Assembly (NCBI GenBank): GCA_963716725.1
Contig: CAVQUB010000010.1
Location: forward strand, 64,001 to 128,000
Reading direction: 5' to 3'
DNA: 64,000 bases
Origin: an uncultured delta proteobacterium
GTDB taxonomy: Bacteria > Myxococcota_A > Polyangia > Polyangiales > Polyangiaceae
This document shows, piece after piece, positions 54,901 through 64,000 of the stretch. Within the stretch, counting starts at the first letter, position 1. Each line of letters begins with the position of its first letter. The notes under the pieces are model-generated. The model saw only the letters and a program-made list of their open reading frames with translations, had not been told where the DNA came from and searched no databases. The position numbers and the translations under genes are program-made.

Positions 54901-55145
54901 CGGTTCGACCCTGAGCTGGGTCGTCCGGCGTGCGTGGCGCACGGCACCGGACGAGGAGGTGATCGGGGCGCCCCCCGGTAGCACGAGGCGGGGATGGAAG
55001 GCGACAGAAGAGACGCACCTTTGCCGACGAAATGACGGACGTCTGTCGCATGCGAGCGCGAGACCCCCCAAGTCGTCACGGCCCGCCCACGCCGCGCGGC
55101 GAGGTTATGCGAGAGTCCCCTCGGGTTGTAAAGCTAGAAATCCAC

Positions 55146-55790
55146 CTAGTCGGCCAGCGATCGCAGCCGGCCGAGGTCCGAGACGCGTACGGTCCGGCCG
55201 CGCGATAGCGCGCCGGCCTCGCGCAAATCAGCGAGGGCCCGGGACAGCGTCTCGGGGCGCATGCCGAGCATGCCTGCCAGCACCCGGTGTGGGGTTTCGA
55301 GGGTCTCTCCGCCGTCCTCCGCTTCGGAGTGTTGCAGCAGAAAGCGCGCCACACGCCGGACCGCGGACCCCTGCAGCGCCTGGCGCTCTCCCACGCGTCG
55401 CGCGGCTTCTTCGAGCGAGTAGACGAGCGCTGCGCCCGCCGGGGTGTTGCGCGAGCCAATCCACGCCTCTGCAGCTGCTCGATCGAGGGTGCAGTACGCG
55501 ACGTCGGTCAGCGCCCACACTTGATAGGGCATCGGCTGATTGAGGAGCAGCTCGAGGCCCAGCATGCTGTCCGGGCCGCGAACCGCGCACGAGACCTCGG
55601 CTCCCGACGCCGCCGTCGAGCTGAGCACGACCTGCCCTCGGCGAAGGTAGAGCGCGGCGTCGGGGGTCACCCCCTGTTGCAGCAGCACACTTCCGGACGC
55701 GCGCCGGGTGTCCCTGAAGGGACAATCGTGCACTCCCGAGCGTAGAACGAGAGCGCAGGTTTGACATCTGACCGGCAACGAGGCGTTCAT
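55146..55790 (-). CDS. Crp/Fnr-family regulator, FNR-like Cys set
   Basis: N-terminal CQTC-x10-C, central VAYC, recognition helix PETLSR. Confidence 0.88.
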   Translation of the reverse strand: MNASLPVRCQTCALVLRSGVHDCPFRDTRRASGSVLLQQGVTPDAALYLRRGQVVLSSTAASGAEVSCAVRGPDSMLGLELLLNQPMPYQVWALTDVAYCTLDRAAAEAWIGSRNTPAGAALVYSLEEAARRVGERQALQGSAVRRVARFLLQHSEAEDGGETLETPHRVLAGMLGMRPETLSRALADLREAGALSRGRTVRVSDLGRLRSLAD

Positions 55791-55820
55791 TGGGGAGCCG
55801 CTGCACTCGATTGTTGCACA

Positions 55821-55836
55821 ATTGACGATGGTCAAT
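55821..55836. promoter_or_regulatory. FNR-type box
   Basis: Perfect ATTGAC-GATG-GTCAAT between divergent genes. Confidence 0.8.
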
Positions 55837-55871
55837 GCCAGCGGCTTCGACTTTGGCAGAAGGAAGCACTC

Positions 55872-56045
55872 ATGCGCTGGTTATTCCTGGTTTTGTTGGT
55901 AGCGGCCGCCTGCGACAAGCCGGCGCAATCGCCGAAGGGAGGGGGAAAGGCTTCCCCCAAGCCCCAGCCGTCCGCTTCGGCGGGGGCTGAAGACGACGGC
56001 ATCGTCCCGCCCCCGGACAAGCCAGGGTACGAAAAGCCCGAGTAG
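55872..56045 (+). CDS. Small lipoprotein
   Basis: MRWLFLVLLVAAAC lipobox, 57 aa. Confidence 0.6.
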   Translation: MRWLFLVLLVAAACDKPAQSPKGGGKASPKPQPSASAGAEDDGIVPPPDKPGYEKPE

Positions 56046-56079
56046 GAAGGGCGCGTGGGGGCGTGCTAGCGGTCGACCC

Positions 56080-57477
56080 GTGCGAGCGCTGTTGCTCAGG
56101 CCCCGGGCGCGGGAGCGCTTCGGTCTTGGTCCGTTCTTTCGGGTGGAGCCCCTCGGGCTCGAGTACCTCGCGGCTGCGCTGATCCAGGAGGGACACGAGG
56201 TCGAGATCCGTGACCTCCGCTTGTCGCGCTCGCTGGGGTCCGCGCGCCCCGACTGGGTGGGCATCTCCTGCATCCACACCATCGACCTGCCCGAGACGCT
56301 CGAGTTGGCCCGGCGGGTGAAGCGGCGGTGGCCGGGGATCTTCGTGTCCGTCGGCGGTCACGCCGCGAGCTCGGATCCTGAAGCGCTCGCGGTGCCGGAG
56401 GTGGACGCGGTCGCGTTGGGCGCCGGCGAGCGAAGCGTGTGCCGCTTGGTGGCGGCGCTGAGTCGTGGTGACTCTCCGGCGGGGATCCCGGGGATCTGGG
56501 TCCGCGGGAGGGATCTGGTGCGCGGGGGCGAGGATCCTGATGGAGCCGATCCAGCCCTGCTGCCTGCCCGCAAGCTCGTGGCGAGGTACCGATCGAAGTA
56601 TCGATGTGTGCACCGCTCGCCGATCTGGGCGCTGGAGACCGGACGCGGCTGCCCCTTTCGTTGCTCGTTCTGCGCCGTCGGGCGTAGCGACGGGTATCGC
56701 GCGCGCGACATCGACGCGGTGGCTCGTGACTTCGCTGAGGTCGGCGACGACGTCTTCGTCATCGACGACCTGTTCTTCTACCCTCGGGAGCGCAGCCGCG
56801 AAATTGCCAGGAGGCTAGCGACTGGCGACCTGAAGAAGCGCTGGATTCTGGCCCAGACCCGGGCGGACACAGTCGTGAGGAGTACCGAGTTGCTCGAAGC
56901 TTGGCGCCCGCGCGCCGAGCGATTCGACCTGTTCTTTGGCTTCGAGGCCGCCACCGATCGAGCTCTCGCGGCGCTCGGGAAGGACGCGACCGTGAGCGAC
57001 ACCGAGGAAGCGGTGCGCATCTGCCGAGAGCTGGGCTTCGGTGTCACCGGCAACTTCGTGGTCGACCCGGACTGGAGTGAGAGCGACTTCGAAGATCTAT
57101 GGGCACTCCTCGATCGCGTGCGCCTCGACCGCGTCGGCTTCACGGTGCTCACCCCGCTGCCCGGCACGGACTACTACGAGCAGCAGCGTGCGAGGGTTGC
57201 CGAGAAGGACTTCTCGCGCTTCGACATGCACCACCTGCTCTGGGAGCCGCGCCTCGGCCGCAGGCGCTTCTACGAGCTGATGGTCGAGAGCTGGAAGCGC
57301 AACGTGCTGTCGAGCGGCAATGCGTCGCGGCGTTGGCTGAAGTGGTTTCGCGGCATCGGCGTGAAGGAGGCCCTCGCATTGGCGGGTGTCCTCTATCGGA
57401 CGCAGCGGCTCATGAACGTCGATGCCTACATGGACGATACCTTTCCCCTCGAGTTGCCCGCGCTGCTGTCCGAGTAG
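56080..57477 (+). CDS. B12-binding radical SAM methylase, HpnR-like
   Basis: EPLGLE, VGGHAAS, RGCPFRCSFC, VDPDW, TPLPGT, FDMHH. Confidence 0.85.
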   Translation: MRALLLRPRARERFGLGPFFRVEPLGLEYLAAALIQEGHEVEIRDLRLSRSLGSARPDWVGISCIHTIDLPETLELARRVKRRWPGIFVSVGGHAASSDPEALAVPEVDAVALGAGERSVCRLVAALSRGDSPAGIPGIWVRGRDLVRGGEDPDGADPALLPARKLVARYRSKYRCVHRSPIWALETGRGCPFRCSFCAVGRSDGYRARDIDAVARDFAEVGDDVFVIDDLFFYPRERSREIARRLATGDLKKRWILAQTRADTVVRSTELLEAWRPRAERFDLFFGFEAATDRALAALGKDATVSDTEEAVRICRELGFGVTGNFVVDPDWSESDFEDLWALLDRVRLDRVGFTVLTPLPGTDYYEQQRARVAEKDFSRFDMHHLLWEPRLGRRRFYELMVESWKRNVLSSGNASRRWLKWFRGIGVKEALALAGVLYRTQRLMNVDAYMDDTFPLELPALLSE

Positions 57478-57502
57478 ACGCGCGTCGGATAGGCTCACCG
57501 CC

Positions 57503-58534
57503 ATGGTGCGCTTCGCGAAGACCCTCTCGCCCTCGGCCTTGCTGCTCGTCGCCGTCGCCGCGTGTGATGCCCCGTCGAGCTCGCCGTCGCCCTCGACCTC
57601 CCCGCCTACGCCGTCGCCGCCGGTGGCAGTGGCCGCTCCGCCGGCGGCGAGCGCGTCCGCTCCGCCGGCAGAGAGCGCGGATCCGAAGGCCAAGCCGCCT
57701 CGGGAGCGACCGGGGCTCGCGGGCATGATGCTCGGGGCGGCCGCGGATTTGGTCGCGGGCGCGGAGCAGCGGGCTGCCATCGACTCGCTTGGCGACCAGC
57801 TCGACCGGGCCGCTCCCGCGGAGCTCGAGGCGCGCAAGGCCCTCCGCGCGGCGATGGTGGAGGCCGTGAAGACCGGAAAGGTCGAGATGTCGAAGCTCGA
57901 GCCCGCGCTCGTGCGGCTCGACAAAGCTGCCGTGGCGAACCAACAGCTCGAAGCCACGGTGCTGGACGCGCTCCACGCAAAGCTCGACGCCGCGCAGCGC
58001 AAGGCGCTGGTCGAGGTGGTCGGCAAGCGGCAGGCCGACCGCGACGCGCGCGTCGAAAAACGGGCGCAGCCCCCGGCGGCTGACTCCCTCGAGGATCCAG
58101 CGCGGGTGAAGCGTCGGGTCGAGCGTCTGTCAGGCGAGATCGGGCTCGACGCCGATCAGCGGAGACGGGTCGAGCCGATCCTGGCGAAGCAGGACGATGA
58201 AGTCTCCGCAGCGAAAGACACGCATGCGGCGACGAAGAAGCGCACCGCGGCCGTGCTCGCGGCCTTCGTCAAGGACACCTTCGATGCGTCGAAGTTCGAC
58301 CTCGGCGTGGAGCTGAAGCGGCACCGCGCCGGGACCCAGAAGAAGGTCGATACCTTGAACGCTCTCCTCGGCGTGATCGATCCGGAGCAGCGCGATGAAC
58401 TCGCCGCGACCCTCGACGATGCTCGGAGGAGCCCGCCCGGCCAGGGCTCGGTTGGCCAGTGGACCGGGCGGATGATGCGCTCGCCGCGGAGCGGGCCCCG
58501 GGGCGTCGGCGAGATCGCCGGACAGATCGACTGA
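57503..58534 (+). CDS. Helical lipoprotein, Spy/CpxP-like
   Basis: Lipobox VAAC; LDAAQR, LDADQR and IDPEQR repeats. Confidence 0.65.
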   Translation: MVRFAKTLSPSALLLVAVAACDAPSSSPSPSTSPPTPSPPVAVAAPPAASASAPPAESADPKAKPPRERPGLAGMMLGAAADLVAGAEQRAAIDSLGDQLDRAAPAELEARKALRAAMVEAVKTGKVEMSKLEPALVRLDKAAVANQQLEATVLDALHAKLDAAQRKALVEVVGKRQADRDARVEKRAQPPAADSLEDPARVKRRVERLSGEIGLDADQRRRVEPILAKQDDEVSAAKDTHAATKKRTAAVLAAFVKDTFDASKFDLGVELKRHRAGTQKKVDTLNALLGVIDPEQRDELAATLDDARRSPPGQGSVGQWTGRMMRSPRSGPRGVGEIAGQID

Positions 58535-58554
58535 AGGACGTGCCGCCCTGGCGG

Positions 58555-60088
58555 CTACCAGTTGTCCCGCATCTGCTTGCGGATCTTGCCAATAGCTTGC
58601 TCTTGCAGCTGTCGGATGCGTTCGCGCGACAGATTGTACTTGTCGCCGATCTCCTTGAGCGTGAGCTCGTCCTCGTTGTCGAGGCCGAAGCGCCAGCGAA
58701 TGATGCGGCTCTCGATCAGGGTGAGCGTTCCGAGCAGACGGCGGACCTCTGCGGCCCACTTCTGGTTGGCCAGGCTGTCGTAAGGCGAGAGGTTGTTCTC
58801 TTCGACCAAGAAGTCGATGAACCGGCGCCCGTCTTCGTCCCCGACCGGGCGGTCCAGAGAGAAAGGCGTGTCCGCGTACAGGTCGCGCACCTTGTCCAGC
58901 TTGTCCTTGGGGATGCCGGTCTCCTTCTCCAGCTCTTCCGGCGTCGGCTCGCGACCCGTGCGCGCGATGATGGTCTGCGTTGCCCGGGACACGCGGTTGT
59001 AGGTGTCGAGCATGTGCACCGGGATGCGGACCGCGCGACCCTTGTCGGCCAGCGCGCGGCTGATGGCGTGGCGGATCCACCACGATGCGTAGGTGCTGAA
59101 TCGATAGCCGCGCGAGTGGTCGAAGCGCTCCACCGCCTTCATCAGGCCGATGTTGCCCTCTTGGATCAGAATCGATCAGCGGCAGGCGGCCGCGGTTGTA
59201 GCGCCGCGCGATGCTCACCACCAAGCGTAGGTTCGCCTTCACGAAGCGGTTCTTCGCCTCGCGCTGTTCGTTGTCGGTGCCCTTCACCCGATCGATGAAG
59301 CGCTTGTAGGCAGCCGACTCCGGGAGCACCGGTCGCGCGAGGTCTTCGGTCGGCAGTTCGACCACCTCGCGCGCCACGCGGTTCGCGTTGGCCATCCAGA
59401 TCCGATCGGAGTCCGCCAGGCGGATGTCGCGCCCCAGAGACTCGCAGAGCTCGGCCCAGCGCTTTTGCTGCGGCGCCAGGAACTTGGAGCGCTGCTTCTT
59501 GTGCAGCTTGAGCAGCTTGCGCAGCTCCTCCCGCTGCGTAGCTTGCGGTCGCTCCTCTTCCGACACCGTCGCGATGTCCGCGTCGAGTTGGTCCAGGACC
59601 AGATCGGCGCAGGGCGGATATGCGAGCAAAGCGATCCAGTGCTCGACCTCGGCGCGTTCCACTCGCTGTGCGGTCTGCAGCTCTTCGTCGGGACCCATCA
59701 CCTGGTGGGTCGCCATCTCCCGAAAGTAGCGGGAGAGCATCGAGTCGGTGGAGCCGTCTTCGGCTTTGGATGCGGCCTTGGCGGGGGCCTCGGGCGCGGT
59801 ACGACGCTCACTCTCCGGCGATTCCTCCGGCATGATGGATGAACGTGCACGCACGTCGGTTTGTTCGTCGAACTCGTCGACGTCAGCGGCTTCGGTGGCG
59901 GTAGCGCGATTTTGGGCCATAGCGGTCCTCGGGTCGGGCGGGCGGCGACCGGGGAGGGGGAACCCCGGGCGCGGGGGAGCGGGCTTAGCGGCGGCTTCGG
60001 ACACGGTCGGTGGGGAGGGTTCGGCCGTGTCGGAGAATTGGTGGCTGGACTGCGGACGGATTCGTTTCAGTTTCACTGCAATGTCCAT
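58555..60088 (-). CDS. Sigma-70 (RpoD/RpoS-like) factor, +1 frameshift at 59170-59171; start 60088 or 59920
   Basis: [56 protein letters not shown]. Confidence 0.92.
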
Positions 60089-60247
60089 GCCCGTTGGTGG
60101 ACGGTTCCTGCGACGTGGGGGCTGGGTCTCCAGGCATTCGTTGATTGGTTCGCTGAGGCGACTTGAAACATTCGATGCAAGGCTGGGGCCGCTGGTGACG
60201 GGGCACGCGGTTCGGAGTAGTCGCTGCTCTCAGTAACTACGGACGAG

Positions 60248-61918
60248 ATGCCAAAAGCGATCCGCAGAAAGTCGAACACCGCGAAAATTCGCGGGTTCGC
60301 GGCCCAGATTTGGAGCGAAGTTCCGTCGCGACGCTCCCGCGGGCTCGCGCTGGGCGCGAGCTTGGCGTTGTCGGGCGTAGGGCACGGAGCCCTGGCGTTT
60401 GCGGCCGGATTGCTGACCCGATCACTGGCGCAGCCGCCAGGTGCCGGGAGCGAGGGGGTCGGACTGCTGGGAGTCTGTTATGTCGGGCTTGCGGCGGCGT
60501 GTGTCAAGGCCGCGGGGTCTACGCTCCTTGCGTACCTTCAGGCAAGAACCGCGGGTGACATCGGCCTCGGCTGGAGGAGGCGCTTCGTGGAGCGGTGGAG
60601 CGAGCACGGCCTGCCGGACGCAGCGCCCCGGGTCCTGGCAGTCGTCGCGGTACGCCTCGCCGAGCTCGAAGCCGCTGTCGTACATGGTGCGCTGGCCAGC
60701 GCGCGGGCGTTGGCACAGCTCCTCCCGATCGTGTTGGGTCTGATCTTCGTGTCACCCCTGCTCGCAGGAGTTGGCACCCTCGTGCTCGTGCCATTTTCGC
60801 TCGGGCTTGCCGCAGTGCGCCGAAAATTCCGGCGAGCAAACGAGCGAGCTCAGGCACGCGCGGTCGAGCTGCACGAGGGAGTCGACGTGCTGGTGAACCA
60901 CCTCGACCTCTGGCGGACTTTCGGTGCAACGCGGCGAGTCAGCACCGCGATAGCGAGTACCGGTGCGCTGGCCGTGGCTTCTGCGTCGAAGGTCGAGGCA
61001 TCTCGCGCCCTGCTGTCGGGAGCCAATGAGGTGCTGGGCGCCTTCGCGCTCGTCGGAGCCGTCACGCTCGCCCAGCGCGCCGGCGCGTCCCTGGGCGACG
61101 GCAACTTGGTGGCGTTCGCCGCAATCTGTTTCATGGCATATCGGCCAATGCGCGACCTGGGCGACGCGCGCGGTTGGGTCGAGCGCGGTCGCGCTGCCCA
61201 CGTCGCGCTGGGCGGCGTGATGACGGAAGCGCGAGGCAGTCTGCCCAGCGCCCGAGGCGCAGAGATCTGGGCCCGGCGTCGAGGTGCACTCGAGCTCGTC
61301 GACTTGGGGGCGCGAGACCGCGGCCCGCGAACTTCGACGACGCTTCACTTTGGCGCCACGCTCGCAGTGCTGGGCGCCAACGGATCAGGAAAGACCACGC
61401 TGCTTCGGACTCTGCTCGGGCTCGAGCCGGCGGTCGGTGCGCTGGCCTACGATGGGGTCCAGCTCGCGGAGCGTGGCGTGGGCCCCGACGCGCGCCCCTT
61501 CGCCTGGGTGCCGCAGGAGGCGCCGCTCGTCGCCGGCACCCTCCTCGACAACGTGGCGCTGGCCTGCGGTGACGAAGCCCGCGCGCGGCTGGCGCTGGCG
61601 GAGCTTGGAGCCGAACGCCTCCTGGCCCGAGCGAACGAGCGCGTGGGACCCGGCGGCTCCGCGCTCTCGGGTGGCGAACGGCGTCTTGTGGCCATGGCCC
61701 GTGCCTTGGCCACCGACCTGCCGGTCATCCTCATGGACGAACCGACGGAAGGACTCGACGATCGGAGCCGCGCGCGGGTACTCGCGGCCATCTCTGCGCT
61801 GTCGACGACGCGTACGGTCGTCTTGGTCACGCACCACGCCGACGTCGCGGCGCTTGCCGACCGCGTGATTTCTCTCGATTTCGTCCCAGCAGTCTTGGAT
61901 CTCGCCGCCGCCGAATGA
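60248..61918 (+). CDS. ABC transporter fused permease/ATPase
   Basis: TM domain, GANGSGKT, LSGGE, ILMDEPT, VTHH. Confidence 0.9.
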   Translation: MPKAIRRKSNTAKIRGFAAQIWSEVPSRRSRGLALGASLALSGVGHGALAFAAGLLTRSLAQPPGAGSEGVGLLGVCYVGLAAACVKAAGSTLLAYLQARTAGDIGLGWRRRFVERWSEHGLPDAAPRVLAVVAVRLAELEAAVVHGALASARALAQLLPIVLGLIFVSPLLAGVGTLVLVPFSLGLAAVRRKFRRANERAQARAVELHEGVDVLVNHLDLWRTFGATRRVSTAIASTGALAVASASKVEASRALLSGANEVLGAFALVGAVTLAQRAGASLGDGNLVAFAAICFMAYRPMRDLGDARGWVERGRAAHVALGGVMTEARGSLPSARGAEIWARRRGALELVDLGARDRGPRTSTTLHFGATLAVLGANGSGKTTLLRTLLGLEPAVGALAYDGVQLAERGVGPDARPFAWVPQEAPLVAGTLLDNVALACGDEARARLALAELGAERLLARANERVGPGGSALSGGERRLVAMARALATDLPVILMDEPTEGLDDRSRARVLAAISALSTTRTVVLVTHHADVAALADRVISLDFVPAVLDLAAAE

Positions 61919-61966
61919 GCGGAGGAATGCGCCCCCGGACCTCCGGCGTTGCACGAGAGAAGGCCC

Positions 61967-63055
61967 ATGGACCGGCGGAGCGCCCTCGCGTCGATGCTCA
62001 CGCTCGCGCTCGACCCTCGCAGCGCCGGGGCCAGGAGCGCCTCGCGGGAGCTGACTCGGCGCTTTCCGGGGCTCGCGGGGCTGCCGTGGCTCGATTTGGC
62101 TCGATTCCCGACTCCGCTCGAAGAGTCGCCCGCGCTCGCTCGTGCGCTCGGTGTCGGACGGTTGTTGATCAAGCGCGACGACCGCGCGGGGGCCACCTAC
62201 GGCGGCAGCAAGCTCCGAAAGCTCGAGCTGTTGCTCGGAGACGCCGAAGCACGCGGGCATCGCGCCGTCGCGGCGGTGGGCGGCGTCGGGTCGAATCAAA
62301 CGCTCGCTACGGCTGTGTTTGCCAAGCAGCGCGGACTCCGCGCCCACCTGTATCTGCTCGCTGAGCGACCCAGTGCCGGCGTGCGCGAGCATCTGCTGGC
62401 GCAGGCGGCGCTCGGTGCTCAGCAACAGCTGGTGGGCGCCGAATCCCAGGCGGTGCGCGCCATCGCCCGGCTGCCAGGTCGACCCTACTCGATCCCGATG
62501 GGCGGCAGTTCGCCCCTGGGCAACGTTGGCTTCGTCGAAGCGGGACTCGAACTCGCGCGGCAGGTGCAGGCGGACGTCGTCTACATGCCTCTCGGCACTG
62601 GCGGCAGCGCCGTGGGCCTGGCGCTGGGGCTCCAGGTGGCGGGAGCCGCCACCCACGTGGTGGCGGTGCGCACTGCGAGCATGCGCTACGCCTCGCCGTC
62701 GCTGATCCGCAGGAGCACCCGGGACATCAGCTCGGTGCTGCTCGCGCGGGATGCGCAGTTTCCAGCGCACGACCGCCTGCCGCACCTGGGGGTGCGCGAC
62801 GGCTTCGTGGGCAAGGGCTACGCGGAGCCGACCGAGGCTGGGCGCCGCATGCGCACCCTGGCCCGCGACGTGGCCGGGCTCGAACTCGATCTGACCTATT
62901 CGGCGAAAGCCATGGCCGCGCTCCGAGCAGACGCCGCGAAGCTGTGGGACAAGACGGTGGTGTTCTGGCTCAGCTACGACCCGCGTCGCGTCGACGCGGC
63001 GGGCGTCGGTCCCGGCGATCTGCCGCGCGCGCTGCGCGGTTACGTTCACGGCTAG
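61967..63055 (+). CDS. PLP enzyme, D-cysteine desulfhydrase/ACC deaminase family
   Basis: PTPL, KRDD, GGSKLRKLE, SNQ, GTGGS, YSAKA. Confidence 0.9.
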   Translation: MDRRSALASMLTLALDPRSAGARSASRELTRRFPGLAGLPWLDLARFPTPLEESPALARALGVGRLLIKRDDRAGATYGGSKLRKLELLLGDAEARGHRAVAAVGGVGSNQTLATAVFAKQRGLRAHLYLLAERPSAGVREHLLAQAALGAQQQLVGAESQAVRAIARLPGRPYSIPMGGSSPLGNVGFVEAGLELARQVQADVVYMPLGTGGSAVGLALGLQVAGAATHVVAVRTASMRYASPSLIRRSTRDISSVLLARDAQFPAHDRLPHLGVRDGFVGKGYAEPTEAGRRMRTLARDVAGLELDLTYSAKAMAALRADAAKLWDKTVVFWLSYDPRRVDAAGVGPGDLPRALRGYVHG

Positions 63056-63288
63056 CGTGTCATGGCGGCGCGCAGCGGCGGCCGGAACGTGCTCTGACGT
63101 GGTCGATGTCGCTGTGGGCGCCAAACGCCACCGCGCAACAGGCTGCGACGTGGTGAATGTCGCGGTGGGCGCCACGAACGAGCAGACGCGCTCGAAACCA
63201 AAAATTTCTGCGCTGTGTTCTCGGCGTTCTCGGCGTTCTCCGCGACTTCGTTCTCCGAGCGAATCGCGTTCTCCGCAGGGACGCGACG

Positions 63289-64000
63289 TCAGAACTGCGC
63301 CAGGAAGCGCGGGTCGTTCTCGAACAGCAGGCGGATGTCCGGGATCCCGTAGCGCAGCATGGCGACGCGCTCGACGCCCAGGCCGAAGGCGAAGCCGCTG
63401 TACTTCTCCGGATCGATGCCGCAGTGCTCGAACACGGCCGGGTGGATCATGCCGCAGCCGAGGATTTCGAGCCACCCAGTGGCCTTGCACACGCGGCAGG
63501 TGGCGCGCGAGCCGCGCCTATCCGCGGGGTCCCCGGCGTCGTCGTCGGCTCGACAGAATACGCAGCCGACGTCCATCTCGGCGCCGGGCTCGACGAAGGG
63601 GAAGTAGCTCGGGCGGAAGCGCACGGGTGTGCCCGGACCGTAGAGGCGCTCGGCGAACGCGGTGAGCACGCCCTTGAGCTCCGCGAAGCTGACGCGTTCG
63701 GCCACCAGGAAGCCCTCGATCTGGTGGAACATCGGCGAGTGCGTGACGTCGTCGTCGCGCCGGTAGACCGGGCCGCCGCTCACGATGGCCATTGGCGGGG
63801 TGTGCGTGCTCATCTCTCGGACCTGCACCGTGCTGGTGTGGGTGCGGAGCAGTACGCGCGCGTCGGGCTGGCCGCCTTCGACGCTGACCCAGAAGCTGTC
63901 CTGCATGTCGGTCGCCGGGTGGTCCGGTGGGAACGCGAGCTTCTCGAAGTTGTTCGCCTCGAGGTCGATCTCGGGCCCCCACGAAATCTCGAAGCCGAGG
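63289..64000 (-). CDS. pheS: Phenylalanyl-tRNA synthetase alpha subunit (5' end outside window)
   Basis: [37 protein letters not shown]. Confidence 0.98.
   Translation of the reverse strand, partial: LGFEISWGPEIDLEANNFEKLAFPPDHPATDMQDSFWVSVEGGQPDARVLLRTHTSTVQVREMSTHTPPMAIVSGGPVYRRDDDVTHSPMFHQIEGFLVAERVSFAELKGVLTAFAERLYGPGTPVRFRPSYFPFVEPGAEMDVGCVFCRADDDAGDPADRRGSRATCRVCKATGWLEILGCGMIHPAVFEHCGIDPEKYSGFAFGLGVERVAMLRYGIPDIRLLFENDPRFLAQF

Noticed and set aside
55001..55049. GCGACAGA...TCTGTCGC inverted repeat upstream of actA as an operator
   Set aside because: Long spacer and no match to the FNR box; could be a RegA-type site but is unsupported
56080..57477. Assigning the symbol hpnR
   Set aside because: Similarity is from remembered motifs only and there are no hopanoid genes in the window
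58555..60088. Programmed frameshift in the sigma factor
   Set aside because: No slippery sequence; one-base deletion restores the conserved region 2.2
63096..63174. Two 28-nt repeats as a mini-CRISPR
   Set aside because: Only two imperfect copies, 23-nt gap, no leader or cas genes

Overview
High-GC chromosomal window that looks myxobacterial (Polyangiales-like; inferred from TIGR02266-type PilZ proteins, several Hanks kinases, multi-domain DsbA and alternative complex III). Left end (1-3943): the right boundary of an integrated element, xis plus a tyrosine integrase whose ORF reads antisense through the tRNA-Arg(CCG) it is integrated at. Middle: mostly core genes (gloB, kinases, two triple-DsbA genes behind a candidate RPP-type leader peptide, MATE, DEAD-box helicase with a VNTR, TPAT/TRAP transporter, pyrG, dacB). 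It is interrupted by a 5272-bp integrase-less cassette (mosaic protease plus lipoprotein) flanked by a duplicated gene 3' end, and by an RHH/MazF toxin-antitoxin pair. Right: an FNR-like regulator with a perfect FNR-type palindrome, alternative complex III (actA-B-C-DE-F-G), and a heme-copper oxidase operon. The oxidase subunit I keeps all metal ligands and the GHPEVY motif but appears to have lost the K proton channel, has an altered D channel and gains two membrane glutamates. This is the best candidate for an unusual system here. A sigma-70 factor, ABC transporter, PLP enzyme and partial pheS follow. Four apparent gene-breaking lesions (actB, sigma-70, two in mazF) can each be repaired by restoring a GATC, suggesting modification-linked sequencing errors rather than real pseudogenes. 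All calls are from motif recognition by eye; no searches were run.
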